Shown here: one piece after another, positions 53,584 to 64,000 of the stretch
How positions within the stretch are numbered: the stretch's first letter is position 1
Layout: each line of letters starts with the position of its first letter
NCBI RefSeq assembly: GCF_006345805.1
Contig: NC_043001.1
Coordinates: 10,044,001 to 10,108,000 of the forward strand
Source: Octopus sinensis
Taxonomy: Eukaryota
Length of the DNA stretch: 64,000 nucleotides
Direction of reading: 5' to 3'
The notes under the pieces: model-generated
Database searches by the model: none
Told to the model about the DNA's origin: nothing
What the model saw: the letters and a program-made list of their open reading frames with translations, nothing else
Made by a program: the position numbers and the translations under genes

Positions 53584-54000
53584 TATTTCTTTACTACCCA
53601 CAAGGGGCTAAACACAAAGAGGACAAACAAGGACAGACAAACGAAGTAAGTCGATTACATCGACCCCAGTGCATAACTGGTACTTGTTTAATTGACCCCG
53701 AAACGATGAAAGGCAAAGTCGACCATGGCAGAATTTGAACTCAGAATGTAGCGGCAGACGAAATACCTATTTCTTTACTACCCACAAGGGGCTAAACACA
53801 GAGGGGACAAACAAGGACAGACAAATTGATTAAGTTGATTACATCAACCCCAGTGCGCAACTGGTACTTATTTAATCGACCCTGAAAGGATGAAAGGCAA
53901 AGTTGACCTCGGCAATATTTGAACTCAGAACGTAGCAGCTGACAAAATACCGCTAAGCATTTCACCTGGTGCACTAACGATTCTGCCAGCTCACCACCTT
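53584..54000 (-). mobile_element. SINE family A dimeric copy with a 15-bp TSD
   Basis: TCATGCCAGTGTACC at 53569-53583 and 54001-54015. Confidence 0.92.
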
Positions 54001-54655
54001 TCATGCCAGTGTACCACCTCTCTCACAACAACAAAAAGTAGTGGTCTTAATACTGACCCCTGATGTGCTCCAACCTTTTCTTTACACTCATCACTGTCCC
54101 TCAGCCTGTTCTCATAATGACTGCTTTCATACACTGACACTACGACTATAACCAACTATTCTATTATTCCTCGTTCTCAATGTCCATGTATCTCATTCCT
54201 GGAGAGAACTTTACGGAAAGCCTTCTCCAGCTCAACAAACCCAAGAAACAACGTTTCTTCTAATGTCTATTCACTTGTCTTGCAACTGCCTTTGAAATAA
54301 TAATTTCACCAGTTGCTCCACCTCCTGGCATAAATCTAAACTGCATTTCATCAATCTTTTTCTTTTTCTTCTTAATCCTCTTCTTTTATATTCGTTCCAA
54401 TACCTTCATTCCATTCTCCAATAATTTAATTGCTTTTTATAATCCTCATTCCAGAAGATTGTCTTTCTCCTTGTACAGAAAGCTGAGACTACTCACCTCC
54501 TAATCCACTGGAATATAGTTTTCTTTCACTACCAACCTACAGATCATTGTCTTCTGTTAATTTTCCCCCTCCCTCTTGCTCTTAATATACCTCCTACAAC
54601 TCCTCTTAGCCTTCCTCATTTTCCACTCTTCATTACTCTTATTGCTTTTTAAACT

Positions 54656-55155
54656 TCAATTTAACGTGACAGTAGGGGATTACACCACCGCTGTTTAGCC
54701 CTAGGAAGCATTGAACGCTTCCTGTCGGCTTCGACACATTTACTGTGTCCTTCGCTGTTTAGCCCTAGGAAGCATCGAACGCTTCCTGTCGGCTTCGGCA
54801 CATTTACTGTGTCCTTCGCTGTTTAGCCCTAGGAAGCATCGAACGCTTCCTGTCAGCTTCGACACATTTACTGTGTCCTTCACTGTTTAGCCCTAGGAAG
54901 CATCAAATGCTTCCTGTCGGCTTCGACACATTTACTGTGTCCTTCGCTGTTTAGCCCTAGGAAGCATCAAATGCTTCCTGTCGGCTTCGACACATTTACT
55001 GTGTCCTTCGCTGTTTAGCCCTAGGAAGCATCGAACGCTTCCTGTCGGCTTCGACACATTTACTGTGTCCTTCGCTGTTTAGCCCTAGGAAGCATCGAAC
55101 GCTTCCTAGGGCTAAACAGTGGTGGTGTAATTCCCTTAATGTCACGTTAAATTGA
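54656..55155. mobile_element. 500-bp element bounded by inverted repeats of about 55 bp
   Basis: TCAATTTAACGTGACAGTAGGGGATTACACCACCGCTGTTTAGCCCTAGGAAGC ... GCTTCCTAGGGCTAAACAGTGGTGGTGTAATTCCCTTAATGTCACGTTAAATTGA. Confidence 0.85.
54689..55107. repeat. 64-bp tandem array, 6.5 units
   Basis: Unit CGCTGTTTAGCCCTAGGAAGCATCGAACGCTTCCTGTCGGCTTCGACACATTTACTGTGTCCTT starts at 54689, 54753, 54817, 54881, 54945, 55009 and 55073. Confidence 0.97.
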
Positions 55156-55769
55156 CAGTATACAACTATTATATCGCCCCACCACCGTACATATCTCTAT
55201 GAGATATTTAGAAATTCAATATTTCTAATTTTTAAACTTCTTTCTCAGTTATCTCCCTTGCTGCTCTTAGAACTGGATTCTTCTCTATTCTGATCCCATT
55301 CATTCTCTATATTCAATTTTCTCTCCATACATTTCCCCCACTTTCCCTTCATTCTGTTTCCAGTTCACAAAAACCAGTCACCGCATCCTGCAAGCAACCC
55401 ACTTTTGTTACTCGACATTTTTATTCTTTTACTCTTCCTTCTTTTGCTTCCTGCTTCACACACTTAAGTGCCCCCCCCTCTCTTTAACCTGTGCACTTCG
55501 TCTGCCTTTGTTGCTTGCATTTTTCCTTTGTAGCCTTCCTGGAAGCATTGTAACTTCCATGCACTGCTTCTTCTGCTATCACACACCTTGCTCTCTGCCA
55601 TTCTCCGAACCTCTTTACGTTGTTGATCCTTTGTCCCGCTTCATCCCAGCATATCGTTCCTAAGTATCAGTATGGTGCTTTTATCCACATACACCATTAA
55701 TGCAATGGCTCAGGACAAACTCTTCTTTTAGTAATGCCCAACCTGTTTTAAATCCATCATTGAATTATA

Positions 55770-56095
55770 GGCGCAGGAGTGGCTGTGTGGTAAGTAGCTT
55801 GCTAACCAACCACATGGTTCCGGGTTCAGTCCTACTGCGTGGCATCTTAGGCAAGTGTCGTCTACTATAGCCCCGGGCCGACCAAAGCCTTGTGAGTGGA
55901 TTTAGTAGACGGAATCTGAAAGAAGCCTGTCGTATATATGTATGTATATATATATAACTGTATGTGTATATGTTTGTGTGTCTGTGTTTGCCCCCCTAGC
56001 ATTGCTTGACAACCGATGCTGGTGTGTTTACGTCCCCGTCACTTAGCGGTTCAGCAAAAGAGACCGATAGAATGACTGAAACAAGTAAAAGAGAG
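55770..56095 (+). mobile_element. SINE family B with a 3' internal deletion
   Basis: GGCGCAGGAGTGGCTGTGTGG head; GATAGAA joined directly to TGACTGAAACAAG. Confidence 0.9.
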
Positions 56096-56289
56096 AAAAA
56101 GAGAGAGATATCATCAGTACCTCCCTCACTGTCACCTCGCTTAGCTACACACCTTCAACATTGCTTGGTATTTCATCCTCTGACCTCAAGTTTTTTTCAA
56201 GTAAATAATACAATAGGACACCTTCCTCTTTTGGAATAAATATCTGTATTTTTCAAATAGTTAGCTAATGCAATCTTCTGGTTTTTTTA

Positions 56290-56391
56290 AAGCCATTTAA
56301 GAAATACACAAAAACCATTAGATTCACTTGAACATTTACATCTAAATGTTGAAGTAAATCTAACGGTTTTTGTGTATTTCTTAAATGGCTT
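56290..56391. repeat. Near-perfect inverted repeat (hairpin) of about 100 bp
   Basis: AAGCCATTTAAGAAATACACAAAAACC...AACATTTA CATC TAAATGTT...GGTTTTTGTGTATTTCTTAAATGGCTT. Confidence 0.9.
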
Positions 56392-58623
56392 ATAAACACC
56401 TTTCACACTGCAATTGTTTTCATTCCACACACAATCTCTGAACAGGTCACTTGCTATGCAAGTATATCTCTGTACTTCTGTTTTTTATTTTCTGATGTGT
56501 ATCCATGGATCAAATAGAGAGGGCATTAAATGTTTTTTTTTTTTTTAACTGTGTGCAGATAGAAATTCAGAGAAATTATTACATAATTAAACATAAAATA
56601 ACAAAGCAAAATCATAACCCCCCCCCCCCACCACCACCACCCTGCTCCAGGTTCCCAAAAGTGAAAACCAGCTAGAAATACTAGAAATATCACCCAATTG
56701 ACATTAGCCATCTGTTATCTGTACCTGGCTGAAAAATCAGTTGTCATAACTATTATTTTTTTATGTCCATACCCTTGAGGTTGTATTGATCCTAGTCTAG
56801 CAGTGTGGTCTTTGCTGCTCCTTCTCATCTTCACTTTTTCATGATTTCACTTTATTTCAAACGTTGCTATGTTGACATCACATAACAACACAGAATTTTA
56901 CTTTCTTTTCATACTATTTACACATAAGCTGTAAGTAAAAGTAAAAGTTTTCATATTGTCAGTGTGCACTCTCAGTCTTTTCACAAAAATTTCCTCTTAT
57001 CTTTCTCTGTTTTTTTTAATATAAGTATCTAAACTTTGACATTAAGCTGAACTAGCACATGGATTTTGTTTTTATATTTTACGATGCTTATTGAAAACTT
57101 GAGAAGTGAAAGATAGGTATTAATGTAACTGCAGCTATACTTAATAGTAAATAAAATTCATAAATTCTGGTTAACTTACCAGAAAATATGTTTTTCCCCA
57201 ATGTTGGAAATCGACTAAAGTTACTTTACTTCTATTGATATAAAAGAAAGGAATATATATCACAAGATGGCGCTTTTTAAACTTAAAGTTGGTTTAAGCA
57301 TTACTTCTTTCTTTTTTTAAGTATGCATAATGTTTTTTACAAAATCATCTAATTTTGTAAAATATTTTTATTGATTTCTATATGTATTTACTAATAGCTG
57401 TGTTACTTTAAGCCAACAATGATTTTAGTTGTAATTCTTTGTATAAATCTAAAATGATATTAAAAAGGTTAAGCAAAACAGTCTTTTATTTATTTTTTTT
57501 TTTTCTATTTTTATAATTCCTCACTGCATCATGCTATAGTTATTGTTAGGAATCTTTTGTTGTCTCAGATAAAATGCATATATACTTTAACAGGAACCAT
57601 CAACATTTCCTAGTTCCTATTCTTAAAAAGTTTCAGTTTCCATGCATGCATATGAAACAATAATATCGAATGCTTTCCCTGTAAGCTGGAGAATTAATTA
57701 TCAATTGCATAAATACTCAATTTTATTTTACTGCAGTCAGACTTCTTATCAGATAACAAGTCAATTATATTTTAGCTATTGGAACTTTATCTGCAATATT
57801 GATTTGTAACATAAGTGCAAAGCCACACACATTTTGAAGAAGGGCAGAACCAATCAAATCAACACCAGTTTGTGACTAGTATTTACTTTTTCGACTGCAG
57901 AACAATGAAAGGCACCACGTCATGATGAATTTTGTTGGTTGCCTTATTGATTCTGCCAATCTGCTACCAGCAAACTACAAAACTTTGACGGTAAAGTGTT
58001 TTTAAATTGAAATTATCTAATTTTAATTATTCAAATATAAAAAAAAAATATCCAGTTTTCAATTGAAGATTTGATAACAGTCTTTATGTTAAGTTGCATG
58101 TAGAGACTAATAGTTTTTGTGGATTTGATAACCTGAAATATCTTGTAATAGTTTTATCTGAAGATGCATATGATCACTAATTAGTCTCTTCTTTGTGTTT
58201 TCTGACAATGATCACAACCATAACATCCTTCCTATCCGAAATAGCTCCCATCTGATACAAATGCAATAGATTAGGCAACTCTGTTTTTATCAAAATTCGT
58301 TGCTTCATTGAATACTTAAATACCCTCTCTGGTATCTCAGAAACAACCAAATTTTTGTCAATGGTTATTGTGCTAAGAACCATATCAATAAGTAAATCTT
58401 TAATTTTTTCTCCCCCACCTAAATTTTACTTTTTTTTAGACTGTTATTTCTGTAATAATTAGTCTATTTGTCATGCACTTGACCAAATACTGGTTATACA
58501 AGAAAACTTATTGCTACAGAACTACTTTCACACACATAAACACACAGCAACACAATTCATTTGTAATATTGGGGCTAAATTGACAGTGCAAAATATCTGT
58601 ATTTCGTATATGTGTGTGTGCCA

Positions 58624-59372
58624 TTATCATCATCTCATATTGGCATGGTTGGACAGTTGACTATAGCTGGCAAGCTGCACTAGGTCCCAATCAGATTTGG
58701 CTTGGTTTCTACAACTGGATGCCCTTCCTAATGCCAACCACATTACAGTGTGTGTGTGCTGGGTTTTAACATAGTACTGCATGAGTGAATGCTCTTGCCT
58801 GACTGCAGCATGAATGCTTTCTACTTGGCACTGGCACACAACACTTGCAAGCCAATCCTGTTCATCAGGAGGAGTGGCCTTAACACTTCTACTGTCAGGG
58901 ACACTTTTTAACACCTCTGCTGTCAGGGACACTTCTTAACACTTCTTAACACTTCTGCTGTCAGAGACACTTCTTAACACTTCTGCTGTCAGAGACACTT
59001 AACACTTTTGCTGTCTTGGACACTTTTTAACACTTCTGTTGTCAGGTACATTTCTTAACACTTCTGCTGTGGGGTATTTCAGTCCTTTGTCATTTTATCT
59101 CAAAAGTTCAGCCTCCAGAGGTCGTCCTTTAACATTTTTATCCAATTTTGCTTGAAAGCACTTCCTGGCTCTCCTGGTCCCATGTGTTCCATCCACTTTG
59201 AGAGATTGACACTTCTTTATGAAGCTGTTGGCATCCATCCACATCACCTCACCAAACTAGCACAGCCTTCGCTCTTGCACACTGTATCTACTTCTTCTTC
59301 TTATGCCTAATTTCTCTTTCAATATACCATCAGTCTGTCAAACATGTACACTTACATTACACAACCAGCATT
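58624..59372 (-). mobile_element. 5'-truncated RTE LINE 3' end joined to a family C-type tail
   Basis: Minus strand at 59150-59370: CNVSVHV...LKEKLGIR...VQERRLC*FGEVMWMDANSFIKKCQSLKVDG (cf. RRLRWYGHV); the downstream tail matches family C. Confidence 0.75.
58881..59070. repeat. Minisatellite of about 28 bp, 6-7 units
   Basis: TAACACTTCTGCTGTCAGRGACACTTYT repeated. Confidence 0.9.
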
Positions 59373-59984
59373 GTGTGCATGTGTGTGTGTATGTGTGCAT
59401 ACACACGTGTGTGTGTACACACAAGTACATACACATAAACTGCAGCCATATTGGTGCACTGCATTGAAATGTGGTACTTGGCATGCTGGGACATCACCGT
59501 GGTACCCGACACTTGTTCTATCAGTCTCTTTTCTGAATTGTTAGGTTACCAACACTTGCTAAACAATCCAAGATTGGTGGGGAAACACAAACTACGAAGA
59601 TACATACTGTACTAGAAGACTCCCTGCCCAAGTTCTCATTTGTCTTTGGAAAACAACCCTTCCTTTTAGATCAAGTGTGTTCATAACACAAGCAATTTAC
59701 CTCTGTAAGGGACCTTTGAGATTCATCACTCTGAACAGATTCACAGGAAGGTTGAAACACCAGTGTTTCAAAATCCTCTTACACCTGTAAATCGCATATG
59801 TTCTGAACATACATCTAAAGGGACAATGTTTCTCTGATGATGTAAAATAACAGCAATTAGATATTCACATTTAAACCTGCCATAATGTATGAAGAATAAG
59901 ATATATTATTGAAAGCATTTACTGCTAGCAAACCATCTTTTCCACTATAGGCACAAGGCTGGAAATTTTTGGAATGGGGACTAA

Positions 59985-60098
59985 TCGATTTTATTGACCC
60001 CTAAAGGATGAACGGCAAAGTTGACCTCAGTGGAATTTGAACTCAGAAAGTCAAGGTGGACGAAATGCTGCTTAGTATTCTGCCAGCTCGCTGCCTTA
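59985..60098 (-). mobile_element. SINE family A fragment
   Basis: TTGACCCCTAAAGGATGAACGGCAAAGTTGACCTC...GAATTTGAACTCAG...CTGCCAGCTCGCTGCC. Confidence 0.8.
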
Positions 60099-61324
60099 CT
60101 GTTAATAAATAATGATTAGTATAACAGCCAGTGGTGTGCTTACCAGTAGGTAGTTTTGATCTCTATTTAACCTCTTTAGTGAAGGACGATATGAACTTGC
60201 CAATCTTTGCTGTTGTTACAAAGCAAATTTTACTGAAGTTCTTCAGAATGAAGGAATTTTGCTTTTTAAATCTTTTATCATACCAGCCTTTTCTTGCATC
60301 TCTTGTCCATGAGTTTCAGCAACTTCTTATGAAACAAACTTGCTAAGTTCTACCCGAAATGTTCTATCTCCTTTGAATTTTGTGGGTACTTTGTTACCTG
60401 TCTTGTTATTGCTTTACTTTCAAACAAAATATGGCCAATATGTAAATGTATTTCTGTTTACCTTTACATTGTTAAATTTGTGGTTAAATAAGAGCATCTG
60501 TCACTTCTAAGTTTTTACCTTCAGTTAACTTGTCTGATATCAAAACTTATTTTTCCTAATTTTAGTAAATCTCTTCTAAGTTTGTAATTTCTTCCAACTT
60601 TCACGTGCTGCAGCAGTCAGAATAAAATGTCTTAGTGCATTACTTAAATTAGTACTATCATTTTCATTATGATCTCCATAACTATGAGTAATAATTATAA
60701 TTTCGTATAGTTTTAAAAGGTTATTTTTGGAAAGAAAGTTGCTCATAGTTACTTTTATTAAAATTTCATTGAACAAAATTCAGTATTTAAATTAAAACCT
60801 GTCACTTGGAAGGTAGAATACTGTCATTCATGAGCTTATTACAGTTGCTATTTTTAGACTAAGTACAGTTATTTAATATTATTATATTTAATTTGTTTCC
60901 AAATACTGAAATATAAATTGCGTGAAATAAAATTTATGTCATTAAATTGTGGAATAATTTTCCATGCTATTGAGTAAACTAACTGTATTTCCTTATTTGA
61001 TACTGTTTTGTATCATGGAAGAAATTCATCTAGTATTTTTTTTCTTTTTTTAATTTTTTAGATATCTTAATGATTCTTTATTTCTTAAATTTATATTTGA
61101 GAGAGATTCCTGTAATTGTTGTGGAGTTTGGAGATATTTATTTGTAAAGTGCATTTTAGTTTCTTAAAAATAGAATGATGATGCAATTACTCTCATACTG
61201 ACTAAATACACTGTTTAATCATTTCAATAATGAATTTAATGATGAGAGGAAAACTCATTCTATGAGGCAGACTCTTCACTTTTTCTAAACCTGAAGCATT
61301 TCATGTGAAAGCTAATTTTGGACA

Positions 61325-61490
61325 TCTTCATTTAACATCTGTTTTCCATGCTGGCATGGGTGGGACAGTTGAACAGCAGCTGGTGAGCCAGAGGATTGCA
61401 CCAAGCTCCACTGTCTATTTTTGTGTTTCTTCTACAGTTGGATACCAATAAATTTAGAAAGGGCACTGGGTACTTTTTATGTGGCACTGG
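61325..61490 (-). mobile_element. Family C tail, diverged
   Basis: TTTAACATCTGTTTTCCATGCTGGCATGGGTGGGAC...TTTTTATGTGGCACTGGC. Confidence 0.65.
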
Positions 61491-63249
61491 CTCTAGTGTG
61501 GTCACCAAGTAACTCCCAAGACAAGGGTCTTTTTACCTCGTGCCTGCCCGTTTTACTTATCTCTGTTAATGTTTGTCAAGGCACCCAACTAGTTATTTTT
61601 GGCTAGAATCACTTAGTCACTTGAAGTAAATGATTCGTCTCATAAGTGTTTATAAAATTTTAATTAATTAATTAAAGATTCTTGGCTCACTCCATCAAGT
61701 ATGATTATGCATACTTTACTTTGAAAGAATTCTTCCTTGCAATTACTTAATGATCTTGTTATGAAAATACCTGGGAAATCAAAATTTTATATGAACTATT
61801 CAATGTTGCAACAAATGTAGAAAGATTAAGTTATATATGAAATCAGAAATATTAAACCAGCAGCAAGCTGTAGTCTGGTTATGTTACAGCAGTGCATTAA
61901 AGAAGTTAAATTCAAAAGAAAAAGAATACATTTGAAAATGATCTTAACCCCTGCTAAGTATATATCATAGATATTGATATTAAATATGATTTTTGTCACA
62001 TTCTAGATGTGGTTAATAGCCATTTTGAATGATTCACTAAAAAATTTATGATGTAATATATTATAGTAATTTTCATTTCTTTGTTTCTAAATTGACGTAC
62101 AATTTCTGTTAAGCGAACTCAGCATTAAAACAGTAGATAACTATTTTTAGGTTTTGCTCCGTAGATTTTTACTTGCTCTGTCAACTCTGAATTGCCATAT
62201 AATGGAATTAACTCTTTATTCTTTGTCTTTCCCAACCGATGTATTTTTTTTTTCTAATTCTAGTAGTCTTTGTCAGCTCTTTCTTGTTGTTCTTTATCTT
62301 GTTTTCTTCTGAAGTCATTCATCAGACTTTATGGTATCCTCCACAAAGACTAATCAGCTTTACTTTCTGTCTGTCTGTCTTCATTGCATACATTATCACA
62401 GCCACACTGCATCATCAAGTCAATATGAAGAGATTTTTCTTTGTGTGTGTGTGTGTTTCTAGTTAAAAATAATTAATATTCTTAATCTGGCTATTACCAT
62501 TAATTACATGACCTAAATAAACAGACGTAACTAATTGGTTCCGATGAAATTGCCTTTGCCGGGGAATATTAATTTCTCTCTCTCTCTCTCTCTCATACTT
62601 AGCATTCAACCTCATTAATATTTTGAATATATCTTGATAAATATTGGTAAAAACTTGGAATATGATACTTTTCTTTTTGAACATTTGAAAATAAAAAAAA
62701 AAACGTCAAAGATGTAGTTGTCAGCTGTAACAACAGTAATTAAAGTGTAAGCAAAGTAAATTTTTTTAAAAGTTGCCTGGAATAAGGAAACTGAGCTTCT
62801 TACGTTTATAATAGGGAAGAATTGATTTGCTATTTGAGTGGCAAATTTATTTTAAACTACTAAATGTTTTCATAACATCTTTAATAAATCAAAAAATCAT
62901 TAGATTCTGTACCACTTTTATGCAGCAGTAAGTGGACTTATCTTGACTCTTTGCTTCCAGTCAACTACAGCATCTCTGCGGTTTCGTGCATGTGTGATTA
63001 TAAATATTTGTGTGACTGTAAGATCAAGAAATAACATCTGTAGAGTCGAAGTATCTTGCTGTATTCACTTAGGATCAGCAAGATCAGATTTCAAAGATTC
63101 CTCAGATTCCATCAGTGCCAACTTGGCTCTTCCGTTTTTTCTCAGGTTTAACAAATTAAGTACCTGTTAAGTAGTGGGATCAGTTTAAATGATTTCAACC
63201 ATTCCAAATAACTTTGCAGTACTGTCTGAATATTAAAAATTAATATTTC

Positions 63250-63401
63250 ACGGAGTGGTTGGCGTTAGGAAGGGCATCCAGCAGTAGAAACACTGCCAGA
63301 TCAGACTGGAGACTGGTGCAGCCTCTTGGCGTCCCAGACCCCAGTTGAACCATCCAGCCCGTACTAACACGGAAAACAGATGTTAAACAATGATGATGAT
63401 G
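63250..63401 (+). mobile_element. Family C tail
   Basis: CGGAGTGGTTGGCGTTAGGAAGGGCATCCAG...GTTAAACAATGATGATGATG. Confidence 0.88.
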
Positions 63402-63592
63402 AAATGAAAACCCATCATCTTGGATATTATCATCACCATTGTTTTAGCCATCATTGCTGTTTTAATGTCTACTTTTCCAGTTTATAGAGGCAAATTTCCT
63501 ATGGACAAGATGCCCTTCCTGTCACCAGTCCTTACCATTTTCCATACTATTTATTATTTCCTCATGGCCAAACATATTTTGTAGAATATTGG

Positions 63593-63630
<38 letters not shown>

Positions 63631-63634
<4 letters not shown>

Positions 63635-63820
63635 GAAATTTATAGGAAAACAAAAGATGAAGACACGTGTATGAACAACAAGCAAGTGTATTAGTTTGAT
63701 GCTTGGGAAAAATGGAAAAGGCTTTTACATTTCGAGCTTATACTCTTCAGCAGAAAGGAATAAGAGAAAATAAACAGAGAAAACACAAAAAAACTTGTAG
63801 ATTTCAGCAATCTAGCATGG
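63631..63820 (-). mobile_element. (TA)n-adjacent short element with a hammerhead-like motif, same family as 18409-18605
   Basis: AGTTGAAATTTA...GTGTATTAGTTT...TTTCGAGCTTATACTCTTCAGCAGAAAGGAA. Confidence 0.65.
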
Positions 63821-64000
63821 CAAAACACACACCACACATGGGTGTGTGTTAAAAGTAAATGAGGCAAAAGGAAGAGTAAGAACGGTTAGGCAACTTTTTA
63901 ATAATCACTACAAATGTTTCAATACATACGGATCCATGTATATACAGGATTTAAATTTGAATTAAATTATGTAATGATTTACCTGTATAAGAAGATCTAT

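Larger units (their letters stand above)
52930..55740 (-). pseudogene. Decayed RTE-clade LINE ORF (reverse transcriptase region), interrupted by a SINE and the 64-bp array element
   Basis: Minus strand at 54010-54520: IPVD*EVSSLSFLYKEKDNLLE...AIKLLENGMKVLERI...IDEMQFRFMPG; LFLGFVELEKAF; KVGAHQGSVLRPLLFVVV. Outer boundaries are approximate. Confidence 0.8.

Noticed and set aside
54689-55107. CRISPR-like array of palindromic repeats
   Set aside because: The units are contiguous and near-identical with no unique spacers, there are no cas genes, and the context is eukaryotic.
58177-58383. 68-aa minus-strand ORF
   Set aside because: No recognisable motif or splice context.
62943-63170. Coding-like composition and a 75-aa ORF
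   Set aside because: No recognisable domain; the opposite strand has stops; probably an unidentified decayed element.

Overview
AT-rich, repeat-dense eukaryotic non-coding DNA, either a large intron or an intergenic region. The repeat repertoire resembles that of octopus genomes as I recall it; this assignment is an inference. I could not support any intact protein-coding gene or exon, and the supplied ORFs are translations of microsatellites, SINEs or decayed transposons. The window holds three recurrent SINE-like families: A (tRNA-like head plus a Nin/Deu-like GCCTTTCATCCTTTCGGGGTCGAT domain), B (tRNA-like head, CORE-like CCTTGGGCAAGT motif, internal microsatellite) and C (RTE-type tail ending in (GAT)n). 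It also holds decayed RTE LINE, mariner and Harbinger fragments and TTAA-flanked piggyBac-type MITEs. Three signals stand out. First, an intact minimal type I hammerhead ribozyme (35333-35375) sits in the terminal arm of a ~3-kb Penelope-like element. Second, several short head-to-head fold-back or (TA)n-targeted elements carry hammerhead-topology motifs whose non-canonical cores (UUGAAA[A/U], CUGCUGAA) are shared between independent copies. Third, a 500-bp inverted-repeat-bounded element contains 6.5 copies of a 64-bp unit with several hairpins.
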